From NCBI GenBank assembly GCA_051439505.1, contig JBFRWI010000086.1, positions 1 through 64,000 of the forward strand: a DNA stretch of 64,000 bases, given 5' to 3'. The notes beneath the pieces were generated by a model. That model made no database searches, had not been told where the DNA came from, and saw nothing but the letters and a program-made list of their open reading frames with translations. How positions within the stretch are numbered: the stretch's first letter is position 1; every line of letters starts with the position of its first letter. The stretch is from Hormoscilla sp. (GTDB lineage Bacteria; Cyanobacteriota; Cyanobacteriia; Cyanobacteriales; Desertifilaceae). A program made the translations under genes and the position numbers. Below, piece by piece: positions 1 to 11,135 of this stretch.

Positions 1-241
1 ATTCCGGTACTACATGACCAATTCAAAATTCAAAATTCAAAATTCAAAATTTGGGAAATATTTGACCGCGAGGGTTGAGTACACCTACATGTATGCGATC
101 GCCCGTTGGTGGTGGATGCGATCGCCCCCTTGCCGCAAGAAACCGGGTTTGGAAGATATCCTCTAATCTTTACCCAAGGTTGAAAAAAGAAACAAAGGTG
201 ATGGTCCCTGGAACTGACCACTGACCACTGACCACCGATCG

Positions 242-1474
242 CTAACAAGCTGGACCAACAGCTTGAATGGCAGCTTCTAGGGCGATCGCCACATGAGTCC
301 AATGAGTCCCTCCTTGACAAAAGGCAATATAAGGTTCTCGCAAAGGGCCATCAGCAGAGAACTCAGAGGTACTGCCATCAATAAACGTGCCTCCGGCCAT
401 GACCAACTGACTTTCATAACCGGGAAATTCTGCTGGAACCGGGTCTAGATAGGAACCTACAGGGGAATGCTGCTGAATAGCGCGACAAAAGGCAGTCAGT
501 TTAGCTGCCGAACCCAATTCAATAGCTTGAATGATATCCCGGCGATCGGCCATTGGTGCCGGATTGACTCGATAGCCCAGGCCATGGAATACTAAGCCAG
601 TCAGGTAATTACCCTTCATCGCTTCTCCCACCATTTGCGGAGCCAAGAATAAGCCTTGAAACATGAGCCGGTTTTGGTCAAGCGTGGCCCCTCCCTCACT
701 ACCAGTTCCCGGTACCGTCAGGCGACATGCAGCTGCCTCTACCAGGTCTTCTCGACCGGCAATGTAACCACCAGTTGGAGCGATCGTCCCCCCAGGATTT
801 TTGATCGCAGAACCAGCAATCAGGTCAGCACCGACAGCCGGTGGTTCCCGACCTTCAACAAACTCACCATAGCAGTTATCGACAAAGCAGATCGTATCGG
901 GATTTTGTTGCTTGACCAGCTGTACGATGCGTTCGATATCAGCGATCGAGAGACTGGGACGCCAGGAATAACCGCAGGAACGCTGGATGAAGGCCAGACG
1001 AGTCTTGGGGGTCACAGCTTGGGATAGGGCCTGCCAGTCCACAGTACCGGTCGAAGTCAGATCCAACTGCCGGTAATGAATGGCAAAATCAATCAGAGAA
1101 CCTTGACCTTGGCCCCGCAAACCAATAACCTCTTCTAAAGTGTCGTAGGGAGCACCAACTACCGAGAGCATTTCATCTCCAGGGCGAAGAACCCCAAACA
1201 ACCCACAGGCGATCGCGTGAGTTCCACTAACCAACTGCACTCGGACGATCGCCGCCGCCGCACCCATAACCTCAGCAAACACCTTATCCAAGGTCTGACG
1301 GCCCAAATCATCATGACCGTAGCCGGTGACGCCAGCAAAATGATGAGCGCCAAGGCGATGACGGCGAAAAGCATCTAGAACCCGCTGGAGATTATCCTTG
1401 ACCCGATCGTCAATCGCACAGAAAATAGGCAAAAGTGCTTTGCGAGCATCTTGTAGGGCTTTCGGACTGTTCAT
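242..1474 (-). CDS. Methionine gamma-lyase family / aluminium-resistance (YnbB-like) PLP protein
   Basis: 410 aa ORF with GYGHDDLGR, VSGTHAI, FVDNCYGEF, GSAIKNPGG and MAGGTFIDGST motifs typical of the family. Confidence 0.88.
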   Translation of the reverse strand: MNSPKALQDARKALLPIFCAIDDRVKDNLQRVLDAFRRHRLGAHHFAGVTGYGHDDLGRQTLDKVFAEVMGAAAAIVRVQLVSGTHAIACGLFGVLRPGDEMLSVVGAPYDTLEEVIGLRGQGQGSLIDFAIHYRQLDLTSTGTVDWQALSQAVTPKTRLAFIQRSCGYSWRPSLSIADIERIVQLVKQQNPDTICFVDNCYGEFVEGREPPAVGADLIAGSAIKNPGGTIAPTGGYIAGREDLVEAAACRLTVPGTGSEGGATLDQNRLMFQGLFLAPQMVGEAMKGNYLTGLVFHGLGYRVNPAPMADRRDIIQAIELGSAAKLTAFCRAIQQHSPVGSYLDPVPAEFPGYESQLVMAGGTFIDGSTSEFSADGPLREPYIAFCQGGTHWTHVAIALEAAIQAVGPAC

Positions 1475-1581
1475 TTACACCTCGCGGGTCGCCTGTGGGC
1501 AGCACGGGATCGAGCAGCAGATCTTGTGCGCGAAGTTAATTATCCCCTATATTGAAGAAATATGAGGTAAAATAAATATTC

Positions 1582-2421
1582 ATGACAATCGCATCTTCAG
1601 AACAAACCAACGAGACGTTGCCGGCAACGCCACCGCGCTTCAAATGGCCCGTAATCATATTTATGGCTGCAGTCCATATCGGGGCATTGTTTGCCTTGCT
1701 TCCCAGTAATTTTACTTGGGCCGCAGTGGGTCTGGCAGTTCTCTTACACTGGATAACTGGTGGATTGGGAATTACACTAGGATTCCATCGCCTGGTCACC
1801 CACCGCAGTTTCCAGACTCCAAAATGGCTGGAGTATTTTCTCATTTTCTGCGGTTCCCTCACCTGCGAAGGGGGAGTGATTGATTGGGTCGGTCTGCACC
1901 GCCAGCATCATAAGTACTCGGATGCGAAAGGAGACCCCCATGACTCTAATATGGGCTTTTGGTGGAGCCACATGGGATGTTGGCTATATCATCTCCCCGA
2001 AGATTCCGAAGTGCCTCGCTACACCCAAGACATTGCAGATGACCCGGTTTATCAGTTTTTGCAAAACTACTTTTTCCCGATCCAGATAGCTTTGGGAGTA
2101 TTGCTATACTTGCTAGGAGGTTGGCCCTTTGTCGTTTGGGGAATTTTCGTCCGCCTAGTGGTGGTGTTTCACTGCACCTGGTTCGTTAACAGTGCCACCC
2201 ATATGTTTGGCTATCGGACATATGACTCGAACGATCGCTCCACAAACTGCTGGTGGGTGGCCTTGGTCACCTATGGTGAGGGTTGGCATAACAATCACCA
2301 TGCCTTTCAATATTCGGCTCGCCACGGTCTGAAATGGTGGGAAATTGACATAACTTGGATGACAATTCGGCTGCTGCAAGCAGTGGGACTGGCAAGTAAG
2401 GTAAAACTCGCTCAAGAGTAG
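1582..2421 (+). CDS. desC: Delta-9 acyl-lipid desaturase
   Basis: His boxes HRLVTH, HRQHH and HNNHH; hydrophobic segments. Confidence 0.92.
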   Translation: MTIASSEQTNETLPATPPRFKWPVIIFMAAVHIGALFALLPSNFTWAAVGLAVLLHWITGGLGITLGFHRLVTHRSFQTPKWLEYFLIFCGSLTCEGGVIDWVGLHRQHHKYSDAKGDPHDSNMGFWWSHMGCWLYHLPEDSEVPRYTQDIADDPVYQFLQNYFFPIQIALGVLLYLLGGWPFVVWGIFVRLVVVFHCTWFVNSATHMFGYRTYDSNDRSTNCWWVALVTYGEGWHNNHHAFQYSARHGLKWWEIDITWMTIRLLQAVGLASKVKLAQE

Positions 2422-2631
2422 AACCCATGTAGTCAGTTGTCAGTAGTGAGTAATGAACGGATAAAATAATAGCCTAGAACTGACAACTGACTAATGGCGA
2501 GCGGCGGAAATATATAATGCACTAGCCAGATAAGCTGTCGCGCATTTAAATTGCATGGTTCCAAATGCGGCAAACCATTAGGCTCAAATATTTTCCCAAT
2601 TTTTAATTTTTAATTTTTAATTTTGAATTGA

Positions 2632-3891
2632 TTAGGTGTTGCCTTGAACGATGTACTTGAAAGTGGTTAAGGTTTCTAAATTAATCAGACCACGGCGAAA
2701 GCCCTTTTGATTAGACATGCCCAGAAAAATCTCGTTGCTGCTGCGGGGACAACGAGAAAATCGGGGGCTAGTGTTAATGAAGATAGCAGCACTGTTAATG
2801 CCCAAGGCAAACTGACGGCTTTCCTGATAAGATTCGGTAACCAGGCAGTCAGCGTGACCGCTGCTGTTGCGGTTAATCCAGGCGATCGCGCCATCGATAC
2901 TATCGACAACACAGAAGGTAACAATCTTGCTTAAATAGGGTTGTTTCCATTCAGAAGGTTCTGCTAAGGTTAAATCGGGAAAATCTTGCACAAGTTGAGC
3001 ATCGCCCCTAATTTCAAAACCTTTTTCCTTGAGACTATTCCAGAGCATTACCAAGGAAGAAGTGTTTCGATCGCGATGAATCAATACCTTTTCTATAGCA
3101 TTGACAGGATCGGGTTCGCTCTGATGAGAGTCTAAAATCATCCAACGGGCCGCATCCAGGCTGCCGGTTGGACTCCAGTACAGGTAACAGTTGCCGATCG
3201 CAGATTTCAAGACTGGAGCAGTAGATTGCCGCATCACTTGCTGCACGAGACTGGGACGCCCATAGGGAATCACCAGATTGATAAAGCGATCGAGTTTGAC
3301 TAGGTCCCGAATGGAAACTCCTGGATCGGATGGCAGGAGTTCCAGACTGCCAGATGGTAGTTCCGTATCGGCAATGGCAGTCTGTAGCACCCGGGCGATC
3401 GCCCCATTAGAATTACTAGCCTCACTCCCCCCTCTGAGAATCAAACTGTTACCAGTTTTCAGACATAAACCTGCCGCGATCGCTGACAACTCCGGAAACG
3501 CTTCATAAATTAAAGCGATCGTCCCCAAAGGCGTGCGCTGGCAGTAGCTTTGGCATTGTTCAACCCTCAAATCAGCCTCGATCGCCTCTTGAAGAGGATC
3601 GGGTAATTGAGCCAAGCGATGAAGAATTTGAACGCAGGTTCCCAGTCGTTCGGGAGTCAGTTTCAGCCATTCGAGAATCAATTCGGGCACCGCCATCTCG
3701 CGAGATGCCTCTAAGTCGAGAGTATTCGCTTCGAGAATATCATCGATCGATTCGGAAAGCCCGCAGGCCATCGCCTTTATAGCTTGAGAGCGGTCAGTTC
3801 CGGACCTGCTTGCCAATTCTAAACAAGCTTGGTAGGCACGTTCAACAGCGGCCATTGCATTAGGTGAAGCAGCAAAAGAGTCAGTTGTCAT
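2632..3891 (-). CDS. proA: Gamma-glutamyl phosphate reductase (ProA paralogue)
   Basis: LGTIALIYEA, LKTGNSLILRGGSEA and SGHAD motifs. The usual CNA catalytic motif reads VNA, as in the divergent cyanobacterial second copy. Confidence 0.85.
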   Translation of the reverse strand: MTTDSFAASPNAMAAVERAYQACLELASRSGTDRSQAIKAMACGLSESIDDILEANTLDLEASREMAVPELILEWLKLTPERLGTCVQILHRLAQLPDPLQEAIEADLRVEQCQSYCQRTPLGTIALIYEAFPELSAIAAGLCLKTGNSLILRGGSEASNSNGAIARVLQTAIADTELPSGSLELLPSDPGVSIRDLVKLDRFINLVIPYGRPSLVQQVMRQSTAPVLKSAIGNCYLYWSPTGSLDAARWMILDSHQSEPDPVNAIEKVLIHRDRNTSSLVMLWNSLKEKGFEIRGDAQLVQDFPDLTLAEPSEWKQPYLSKIVTFCVVDSIDGAIAWINRNSSGHADCLVTESYQESRQFALGINSAAIFINTSPRFSRCPRSSNEIFLGMSNQKGFRRGLINLETLTTFKYIVQGNT

Positions 3892-3903
3892 CTCGATCAG
3901 CGT

Positions 3904-4164
3904 CTATTGCATCAGTACCCACAGTAACACCGCTAATAGCAGCACCATCACCCACAGCAGCAGATCTGCACCGGAGAACAGAAATATCCAAGATAGGCAA
4001 ACCACCAGCATTACTGAGTGGTAATGTGCTGACAACAAATATCTGCTGACATTTGTTGCAGCCCAAGGCTTCAGTCAAAATAATATTACTCAAACGACCC
4101 CGACGTCTACAAGGACAGGGGTACTCAACTAAAACGTCATAAATGCAGCTTTCTGTGATGGCAC
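3904..4164 (-). pseudogene. Eroded conserved cyanobacterial hypothetical gene (EYPCPCRRRG...GCxxCQQIFVV plus C-terminal TM segment)
   Basis: Three segments in shifted frames: GTG-PSQKAA; DVLVEYPCPCRRRGRLSNIILTEALGCNKCQQIFVV; and the hydrophobic tail VMLVVCLSWIFLFSGADLLLWVMVLLLAVLLWVLMQ*. Confidence 0.6.
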
Positions 4165-4318
4165 AAGCAGCTTACAAAGTTAAACCATCACCCCATGACT
4201 ACCGGTTACCAGTTACCAGTTCCTAGCTACCGGTTACTGCTTGCAACTGACTGCTAACAACTGACCACTGACCGCTGACCAGCTACCAGTTAAACGCCCT
4301 CTGTTATTTTACTTCCTA

Positions 4319-4390
4319 AGCGGGTAACGCGATTCGAACGCGCGACATTCACCTTGGCAAGGTGACGCTCTACCACTGAGCTATACCCGC
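4319..4390 (-). tRNA. tRNA-Gly(GCC)
   Basis: Reverse complement GCGGGTATAGCTCAGTGGTAGAGCGTCACCTTGCCAAGGTGAATGTCGCGCGTTCGAATCGCGTTACCCGCT folds as a cloverleaf with anticodon GCC. Confidence 0.97.
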
Positions 4391-4526
4391 ATCAACCTTT
4401 CTTATATTATCTTGCCACAGCAATTGCAGTTTGTCAAGGGTTTTTTCTAAACAATCTGCCAATCAGCCTTTTTCTCTAGAAGCCGGTCATAACACTGGCT
4501 GTTTGAGAGTGCCTGATACTATCTTG

Positions 4527-5078
4527 TCACAGTAATGGCAGTTTGTCAACAGCTTTTTTTTCTGGGGATAACTGCTCTGTGGGGATAGCCGGCGATTTGA
4601 TGGATGCTACCTCTTCTATAGTAACACTATTTTCCTTGAGATGATGCACGGTCTCCAGAAAATCTCGAATTCCTTGAAACTGCCGGTACACTGAGGCGAA
4701 ACGGACGTAGGCCACTTCCGATAGCTGTTGCAGCTGCTGGAGCACGAGTTCGCCAATCAAGCTACTGGTTACTTCCCGCATCGATATCCGTTGCAATTCT
4801 GCTTCTATTTCATCCACCAGTGCCTCCAGTCTCGCGGTCTGGATACCGGTCTTCTCACAGGATTTAAAAATTCCCCGCAATAGCTTGCAACGGTCAAAAG
4901 GTTCCCGCTGACCATCCCGCTTAATGACAGCGATCTCGACAAATTCAATTCGTTCGTAAGTCGTGAAGCGACGCTGGCAATTTAAGCATTCTCGCCGACG
5001 CCGCACTGCCTGACCTTCTTCAGTCGATCTCGATTCCAGCACTCGACTTGCTGTATGCTGACAAAATGGACATCGCAT
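4527..5078 (-). CDS. nrdR: Transcriptional repressor NrdR
   Basis: MRCPFC...RRRRECLNC...RFTTYE zinc ribbon, ATP-cone, [10 protein letters not shown]. Confidence 0.96.
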   Translation of the reverse strand: MRCPFCQHTASRVLESRSTEEGQAVRRRRECLNCQRRFTTYERIEFVEIAVIKRDGQREPFDRCKLLRGIFKSCEKTGIQTARLEALVDEIEAELQRISMREVTSSLIGELVLQQLQQLSEVAYVRFASVYRQFQGIRDFLETVHHLKENSVTIEEVASIKSPAIPTEQLSPEKKAVDKLPLL

Positions 5079-5140
5079 TATCTATGTCTCTTAAGCAGGA
5101 TGGTCAACTTTGTCCGATAGCCCTCGAATAATTCCCCCGG

Positions 5141-5236
5141 CTACTTGCCGATTTTCGGCGGATCCCGAAAGGCGATCGCAAAGAATAATGTACCCAAGGC
5201 CAAAGTCAGAATCAAAATGTAGGCAACGCTTTCCAT
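5141..5236 (-). CDS. psbT: Photosystem II protein T
   Basis: Hand translation [31 protein letters not shown], directly downstream of psbB; below the ORF-track cutoff. Confidence 0.96.
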   Translation of the reverse strand: MESVAYILILTLALGTLFFAIAFRDPPKIGK

Positions 5237-5356
5237 GTGAGAATGTCCCCCTAATGTTCGGATCTGATATTAACTTTACCATGCTGGCTCGATGGAATTC
5301 ATAAGGGGCAGGAAAAATTTTCCCGCCCCTCAAGAGATTAACAAAGCCAGTACAAT

Positions 5357-6886
5357 CTATACGGCTTCCGGTTTGCGGGTTGATTCGTCACCCACTTTCT
5401 GGAAGACGCCGAACTCGATCTGTTCTTCGAGGCCCTCCTCAATTCCAGCAAACACATCCCGGAACAGCGTGCGGGAACCGTGCCAGATATGGCCGAAGAA
5501 GAACAGCAGCGCAAACACTGCATGTCCGAAGGTAAACCAACCACGCGGACTGCTGCGGAATACCCCGTCAGAACCTAAGGTTTCCTTGTCAAACTCAAAG
5601 GGTTCGCCCAATTGAGCCAGGCGAGCATATTTCTTGACCGTTGGTGGGTCTGTGAAGGTTTTACCATTTAACTCACCACCGTATATGCTGACCGTGACGC
5701 CAGTTTGCTCAAAACTGTATCTTGATTCTGCCCGACGGAAGGGAATGTCGGCCCGGACGATGTTATCAGAATCAGTCAAGACTACAGGGAAGGTTTCAAA
5801 GAAGTTGGGCATCCGGCGCACTGTCAATTCCCGACCTTCAGCATCTGTGAATACCGGATGACCGAGCCAGGTTTCGGCAATGCCATCTCCCTGGTTCATC
5901 TGACCGGTGCGGAACAAACCGCCCTTAGCGGGGCTATTGCCTACATAGTCGTAAAATGCCAGTTTTTCGGGTATCTGACTCCAGGCTTCTGAGAGGCTTT
6001 GACCTTCTGCCACGCTTGCCTGCACTCGTCGCTGAATTTCCTGCTGGAAATAGCCGCCATCCCATTGGTAACGGGTGGGGCCAAATAGTTCGATCGGGGT
6101 TGCTGCACAGCCATACCACATCGTTCCGGCGACCACGAAGGCGGCGAAGAAAACTGCGGCAATACTGCTGGAGAGTACGGTCTCGATGTTCCCCATCCGC
6201 AGGGCTTTGTAGAGCCGTTCGGGCGGTCGCACCGTTAAGTGAAATAGACCGGCGATTACCCCGACAATTCCAGCGGCAATATGGTGAGCTGCGATACCTC
6301 CTGGGTTGAAGGGATCGAACCCGGCTGGACCCCATTCTGGCGCTACCGGTTGCACGCTGCCAGTTAAACCATAGGGATCGCTGACCCAAATTCCCGGTCC
6401 AAATAGTCCCGTGACGTGGAATGCGCCGAAGCCAAAGCACAGCAGACCTGACAAAAACAGGTGGATGCCGAACATTTTGGGCAAGTCCAGAGCTGGTTCG
6501 CCGGTGCGGGGGTCGGTAAACAGTTCCAAGTCCCAATAAACCCAGTGCCATACTGCTGCTAGGAATAATAGGCCGGAAAGCACGATATGAGCAGTGGCAA
6601 CTCCTTCAAAGGACCAGAAACCTACGTCAGTTGCTGTCCCTCCATAAATATTCCAACCGCCCCAAGAGTCAGTTACACCCAGACGGGCCATGAAGGGCAT
6701 GACAAACATCCCCTGACGCCACATGGGGTTCAAAATTGGATCGCTCGGATCGAAAATGGCTAGCTCATACAATGCCATTGAGCCGGCCCACCCTGCTACG
6801 AGGGCGGTATGCATTAGGTGTACGGCAATCAGGCGTCCCGGATCGTTCAGGACGACTGTGTGTACGCGGTACCAGGGTAGTCCCAT
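5357..6886 (-). CDS. psbB: Photosystem II CP47
   Basis: Starts [27 protein letters not shown]; 509 aa. Confidence 0.99.
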   Translation of the reverse strand: MGLPWYRVHTVVLNDPGRLIAVHLMHTALVAGWAGSMALYELAIFDPSDPILNPMWRQGMFVMPFMARLGVTDSWGGWNIYGGTATDVGFWSFEGVATAHIVLSGLLFLAAVWHWVYWDLELFTDPRTGEPALDLPKMFGIHLFLSGLLCFGFGAFHVTGLFGPGIWVSDPYGLTGSVQPVAPEWGPAGFDPFNPGGIAAHHIAAGIVGVIAGLFHLTVRPPERLYKALRMGNIETVLSSSIAAVFFAAFVVAGTMWYGCAATPIELFGPTRYQWDGGYFQQEIQRRVQASVAEGQSLSEAWSQIPEKLAFYDYVGNSPAKGGLFRTGQMNQGDGIAETWLGHPVFTDAEGRELTVRRMPNFFETFPVVLTDSDNIVRADIPFRRAESRYSFEQTGVTVSIYGGELNGKTFTDPPTVKKYARLAQLGEPFEFDKETLGSDGVFRSSPRGWFTFGHAVFALLFFFGHIWHGSRTLFRDVFAGIEEGLEEQIEFGVFQKVGDESTRKPEAV

Positions 6887-7153
6887 TCAGTAGAATCCTC
6901 CTCTACTACTACTTTTTTGAGCTGATGGTTGTTTAGCAGATCGATCTTTAAACAGAATATAACGAATTGTTACCAGTGTTGGCTGGGATGACAATCTTTT
7001 TTTCAGCCGATCGCAGTTCGTCTGCCAGGGCCACCATTCATGCAAGTCCAATCGGGCTGCAGTGGTTGGCCATTTTCGCTTACATAGCATTATATGTTAT
7101 ATGTAAGCAAGATTTCTTGATAATTCTTCACATAAGTAAATAAAGAGACTAAA

Positions 7154-7450
7154 ATGGCTAACATCAAGTTTGTCAAGGAAAACCAGGAGGCGATCGCCGC
7201 CGATGGAGCCAATCTGAGGCTAAAGGCTCTGGAGAACGGGATCGATCTGTATAAGACTTGGGGGAAGATGACCAATTGTGGGGGCTACGGTCAATGCGGC
7301 ACCTGTATTGTGGAAATTGTGGCCGGAATGGAAAATCTCTCGCCTCGGACTGAGACTGAACAGCGGAAGTTAAAGAAGAAGCCCGACAACTACCGGCTAG
7401 CCTGTCAAACCCTAGTGAATGGCCCAGTTTCGGTCAAAACAAAGCCGTGA
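7154..7450 (+). CDS. 2Fe-2S ferredoxin-like protein
   Basis: [10 protein letters not shown] ... RLACQ cysteine pattern; usual position between psbB and psbM. Confidence 0.9.
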   Translation: MANIKFVKENQEAIAADGANLRLKALENGIDLYKTWGKMTNCGGYGQCGTCIVEIVAGMENLSPRTETEQRKLKKKPDNYRLACQTLVNGPVSVKTKP

Positions 7451-7517
7451 GATCCGATCTGAGCTATTCTAGGTACGTATTGGTATCTCGTCTATTCATG
7501 AGGGAGGTTTGCAAGCG

Positions 7518-7634
7518 ATGGAAGTTAACGATCTGGGATTTGTGGCCAGCATTTTGTTTGTGTTAGTGCCTGCGGTATTTCTGTTGATCCTTTATATTCA
7601 AACGGCTAGCCGTGAAGGCAATAATGATGTTTAA
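7518..7634 (+). CDS. psbM: Photosystem II protein M
   Basis: Hand translation [38 protein letters not shown], with GGAGG upstream. Confidence 0.96.
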   Translation: MEVNDLGFVASILFVLVPAVFLLILYIQTASREGNNDV

Positions 7635-7663
7635 GAGCTAAGCACTGACAAAACTGCTCTGTT

Positions 7664-7693
7664 GGTGCCGGCATTTGGTGACGGCACCTTTTT
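7664..7693 (+). terminator. Rho-independent terminator after psbM
   Basis: GGTGCCG...CGGCACC stem followed by TTTTT. Confidence 0.7.
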
Positions 7694-7701
7694 CGTCGGG
7701 C

Positions 7702-8541
7702 CTAGTTAGGGAACCGGGCCAGCAACACTGGACAGTTGGCATTCACCCGGACATAGTCTGACAGAGAACCTCCGAGCAGTCGATCGAGGTCTGGGAGGTT
7801 CTTGGCCACGGAGGGGCGTCGGTCCGGGGAACCGAGAATTAATAAGTCGATATTCTCATCTTCTGCGAGCCGACAGATTTCTTTGCCAGCATCACCACGG
7901 GAAGTGATGCAACTATAAGCTACTCCCATCTGCTTGGCCTGTTTGGCTGCTTCCTTCAACAGAGGATCCTCTTCGGGGTTGGTGACGTTCTTGTCTGGGT
8001 TGACGTGAGCTAGCACCAGTTTGGCTTTGCCACCTGGAATATCTCGCAGCAACGATATAGCTAGCTGCAAGCTCTGCTGGGCTGTTGGAGAGGAGTCGAG
8101 AGCCACCATGACGCGGTAGATTCTTTTGACATAGACATCGTCCTTCACCAGCAGCATGGGACGAGAGGCTAATTGGAAAACGTACTGGCTGACTGAGTTC
8201 TTCAAGATCGCTTCCAAACGTCCGAAGGCCCGCGAACCCATAATAATTAGGTCAGACTCTTCTTCCTTGGCAACTTCCAGGACGACATCTTTGGGGTCTC
8301 CCTGTTTCAGTCGGGGATTGACCCGGCTGGAGTCGTCGATCTTGATTGATTTTACTGCCTCTGCTAGAATTTTGCCCCCCTCTTCTAGCTTGGCTGACAT
8401 GGCTTGCGCTGTGGCTTGGGGAGGCACGACGTGCAATACTGTCAAGGATGCCTGCTTGATGCTCGGGATTTCCAGCAACATATTTACCATCTGTTCGCAC
8501 AGTCCCCTGCCGGCGACGGTTACCAAAATTTTCTTGAACAT
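7702..8541 (-). CDS. Tandem-domain universal stress protein
   Basis: MFKKILVTV start; two USP domains (DLIIMGSR..GRL, DLLILGS..GSLSDYV...CPVL). Confidence 0.9.
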   Translation of the reverse strand: MFKKILVTVAGRGLCEQMVNMLLEIPSIKQASLTVLHVVPPQATAQAMSAKLEEGGKILAEAVKSIKIDDSSRVNPRLKQGDPKDVVLEVAKEEESDLIIMGSRAFGRLEAILKNSVSQYVFQLASRPMLLVKDDVYVKRIYRVMVALDSSPTAQQSLQLAISLLRDIPGGKAKLVLAHVNPDKNVTNPEEDPLLKEAAKQAKQMGVAYSCITSRGDAGKEICRLAEDENIDLLILGSPDRRPSVAKNLPDLDRLLGGSLSDYVRVNANCPVLLARFPN

Positions 8542-8642
8542 ATGAATACTTCTCGCAATCAATCCGCTTCTGTCTATTCAGCATAAGCCTAAGTATTGAC
8601 TCAGAGTTGGAACAAATGTAGCGTACTGTAATAATTTGTAAC

Positions 8643-9065
8643 GTGAAGGAAGAGTTTAGTTGGTTTGAATATCGGGTCCGATCGCACCCCCATCATACGG
8701 ACTATGCCGGCGTAGTCTGGCACGGCACTTATCTGGAGTGGATGGAGGAGGCGCGGGTAGAATGCTTGGGTGCAATTGGCATTGACTTTGCCGATGTGGT
8801 GGCTTTAGGCTTAGATTTACCGGTAGTAGAGCTATCCGTGCGTTACCATCACTCGCTCCGTATGGGAATGGAAGCGCTTGTGAAGACGCGCATAACAGTC
8901 AAGGGGGTCCGGCTGATTTGGGATTATCAAATCTGTTCGGCTGATAGCCTGGAGTTATATGTAACGGCTCAAGTGACTTTGGTGGCGATCGATCGGGAGA
9001 AGGGAAAGATAGTGCGCAAGCTGCCACCAGAACTGAGGGATGCATTGGCACGGCTTTCGACGTAA
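8643..9065 (+). CDS. 4HBT/YbgC-type acyl-CoA thioesterase
   Basis: HTDYAGVVWHGTYLEWMEEAR motif. Confidence 0.88.
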   Translation: MKEEFSWFEYRVRSHPHHTDYAGVVWHGTYLEWMEEARVECLGAIGIDFADVVALGLDLPVVELSVRYHHSLRMGMEALVKTRITVKGVRLIWDYQICSADSLELYVTAQVTLVAIDREKGKIVRKLPPELRDALARLST

Positions 9066-9081
9066 AGTGGATTTGAGCTGA

Positions 9082-9287
9082 CATCTTGCACCTTTGGGAG
9101 GGTGTGGTCAAAACCCGTTGATCGTTCATGGGCCTTCCCAGTTGTGGGATCCCCCCAAACCCCCCTTAAAAAGGGGGGCAACCGGTGCGCCCCCCCTTTG
9201 GCAAGGGGGGGTTTGGGGGGGATCCGCCGCAACTTATGCAGACCGCACCCCCTTTGGGGCTACCCCATGCAGCAATGGTGCAAGATG
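9082..9287. mobile_element. Composite MITE-like element
   Basis: Outer IR CATCTTGCACC (9082-9092) / GGTGCAAGATG (9277-9287) enclosing a right-truncated copy of the 19481-19630 element, which starts at 9100. Confidence 0.7.
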
Positions 9288-9315
9288 CGACGCTAGTCCT
9301 CATTAAAAATATACG

Positions 9316-10521
9316 ATGAAAGCAATTACTCTCCTGGGATCTACCGGCTCTATTGGCACTCAGACTCTGGATATTGTGGCCCAAAACCCCGATCGATTTC
9401 GTGTTGTCGGGTTGGCTGCGGGACGCAATGTGGAACTTTTGGCTCGGCAAATTCGTGCCTTTCGCCCGGAAATAGCGGCTATTCGGGCAGAAGCAATGTT
9501 GCCCGAACTGAAAGAGGCGATCGCCTCTGTGGACAAGCAACCTATTCTCTTGGCAGGAGAGGCGGGGGTTACGGAAGTGGCCCGTTACGGGGATGCGGAA
9601 ACTGTGGTAACGGGTATTGTCGGTTGTGCTGGTTTGTTACCGACTATAGCTGCTATCTCTGCTGGTAAGGATATCGCCTTGGCAAATAAGGAAACGCTGA
9701 TTGCTGGCGGTCCGGTAGTTTTGCCTTTGGTGGAAAAGCATGGGGTGAAGCTATTACCTGCTGATTCGGAACATTCTGCCATCTTTCAATGTTTGCAAGG
9801 GGTGCCGTCGGGTGGTTTGCGGCGGATTATTCTGACTGCTTCTGGTGGCGCTTTCCGAGATTGGCCTGTCGAAAAGTTGGCGCAGGTGCGGGTTGCTGAT
9901 GCCCTCAAGCATCCCAATTGGTCTATGGGACGTAAGATTACGGTGGATTCTGCTACCTTGATGAATAAGGGGCTGGAAGTAATTGAGGCTCATTTTCTGT
10001 TTGGCATGGATTACGACCACATCGATATCGTGATTCATCCTCAAAGTATTATTCACTCTTTAATTGAATTGCAAGATACTTCCGTTTTGGCTCAACTGGG
10101 TTGGCCGGATATGCGCTTGCCTTTGCTTTATGCTCTCTCTTGGCCCGATCGCCTCTATACTGATTGGGAAACTTTGGATTTGGTCAAGGCTGGAAATCTC
10201 ACTTTTAAGGAACCAGATAAGGTCAAGTATCCTTGTATGGGCCTTGCCTATGCTGCCGGACGTGCCGGGGGTTCTATGCCTGCGGTTTTGAATGCTGCTA
10301 ATGAACAAGCTGTCTCTCTGTTCCTAGAGGAAAAAATTAAGTTCTTGGATATTCCCAGGGTGATCGAGTATGCCTGCGATAGACATGTTGGAGAACTGAG
10401 TAAAAATCCTTCTTTAGATGATATCATTGCGGCAGACCGATGGGCAAGAGAGACGGTTTTGGGATCTGTAGATACTGTGGCTTCAGTTGGCAAGCAGGCG
10501 ACATTGGTTTCTATGGGGTAA
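9316..10521 (+). CDS. dxr: 1-deoxy-D-xylulose 5-phosphate reductoisomerase
   Basis: [28 protein letters not shown] and [11 protein letters not shown] motifs. Confidence 0.97.
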   Translation: MKAITLLGSTGSIGTQTLDIVAQNPDRFRVVGLAAGRNVELLARQIRAFRPEIAAIRAEAMLPELKEAIASVDKQPILLAGEAGVTEVARYGDAETVVTGIVGCAGLLPTIAAISAGKDIALANKETLIAGGPVVLPLVEKHGVKLLPADSEHSAIFQCLQGVPSGGLRRIILTASGGAFRDWPVEKLAQVRVADALKHPNWSMGRKITVDSATLMNKGLEVIEAHFLFGMDYDHIDIVIHPQSIIHSLIELQDTSVLAQLGWPDMRLPLLYALSWPDRLYTDWETLDLVKAGNLTFKEPDKVKYPCMGLAYAAGRAGGSMPAVLNAANEQAVSLFLEEKIKFLDIPRVIEYACDRHVGELSKNPSLDDIIAADRWARETVLGSVDTVASVGKQATLVSMG

Positions 10522-10740
10522 ATTAAAGACAGCCCGCTGACAAACGCTTCATAGCTAAAGTCGTTTTAACCGACCAACAAATAACAGAATAAATTTCACT
10601 ATTCAACATCGCCTCTTTTTTGATAATTTCAGGGGCGATGGTCTAGCGGTCAAGAAACCACCGAATAGCGGGAGAAGCATTGATATCTCGTCGTTCACCT
10701 CACGGTAAACCTGGTTTCTTGCTGCTACTCAATTGTCAAG

Positions 10741-10831
10741 GATGGCTTCCCTTTTGGCTATGCCGTAGAAATCAAAATTTTGCAAATATTTTAACAACTA
10801 TTGTTCCCGATAATATTTTAATTTTAGGCAT
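10741..10831 (-). pseudogene. hicA: HicA toxin remnant
   Basis: MPKIKILSGTIVVKIFAKF*FLRHSQKGSH: HicA N-terminus with the GSH motif, an internal TGA and 3' truncation. Confidence 0.7.
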
Positions 10832-11057
10832 ATTATGGTTGTAGATCAAAGGTAACTAAAACTGTCGGTTTGGCAATTAAACCGAATTATGTAGGATCTT
10901 CATCCTCTAGATATAAAGCAACGGCTTCTTGCAGATTGCTGACAAGTTCATCTAAATTACTACCCTGAGTGACTACATTAATTTCTAGGCATTCGGCTAC
11001 ATAACCTTGTTGTTCGCCTAAACTGATTTTAGCTGTGATATAATTTCTTAATTCCAT
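10824..11057 (-). pseudogene. hicB: HicB-like (UPF0150) antitoxin with nonsense codon(s)
   Basis: MELRNYITAKIS...YVAECLEINVVTQGSNLDELVSNLQEAVALYLEDEDPT*FGLIAKPTVLVTFDLQP*; the family-like sequence continues past the TAA at 10887. Confidence 0.7.
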
Positions 11058-11135
11058 AACTGTAGCAGATCGGATGGGGTCACAGAGGCCGATCGCCTCT
11101 GGTGGTGGATAGGTATATGATAATATGGATTTGCC

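Noticed and set aside
10645..10725. Small RNA hairpin (SRP/6S-like)
   Set aside because: Lacks SRP and 6S signature sequences; better explained as a decayed AGAAACC...GGTTTCT repeat
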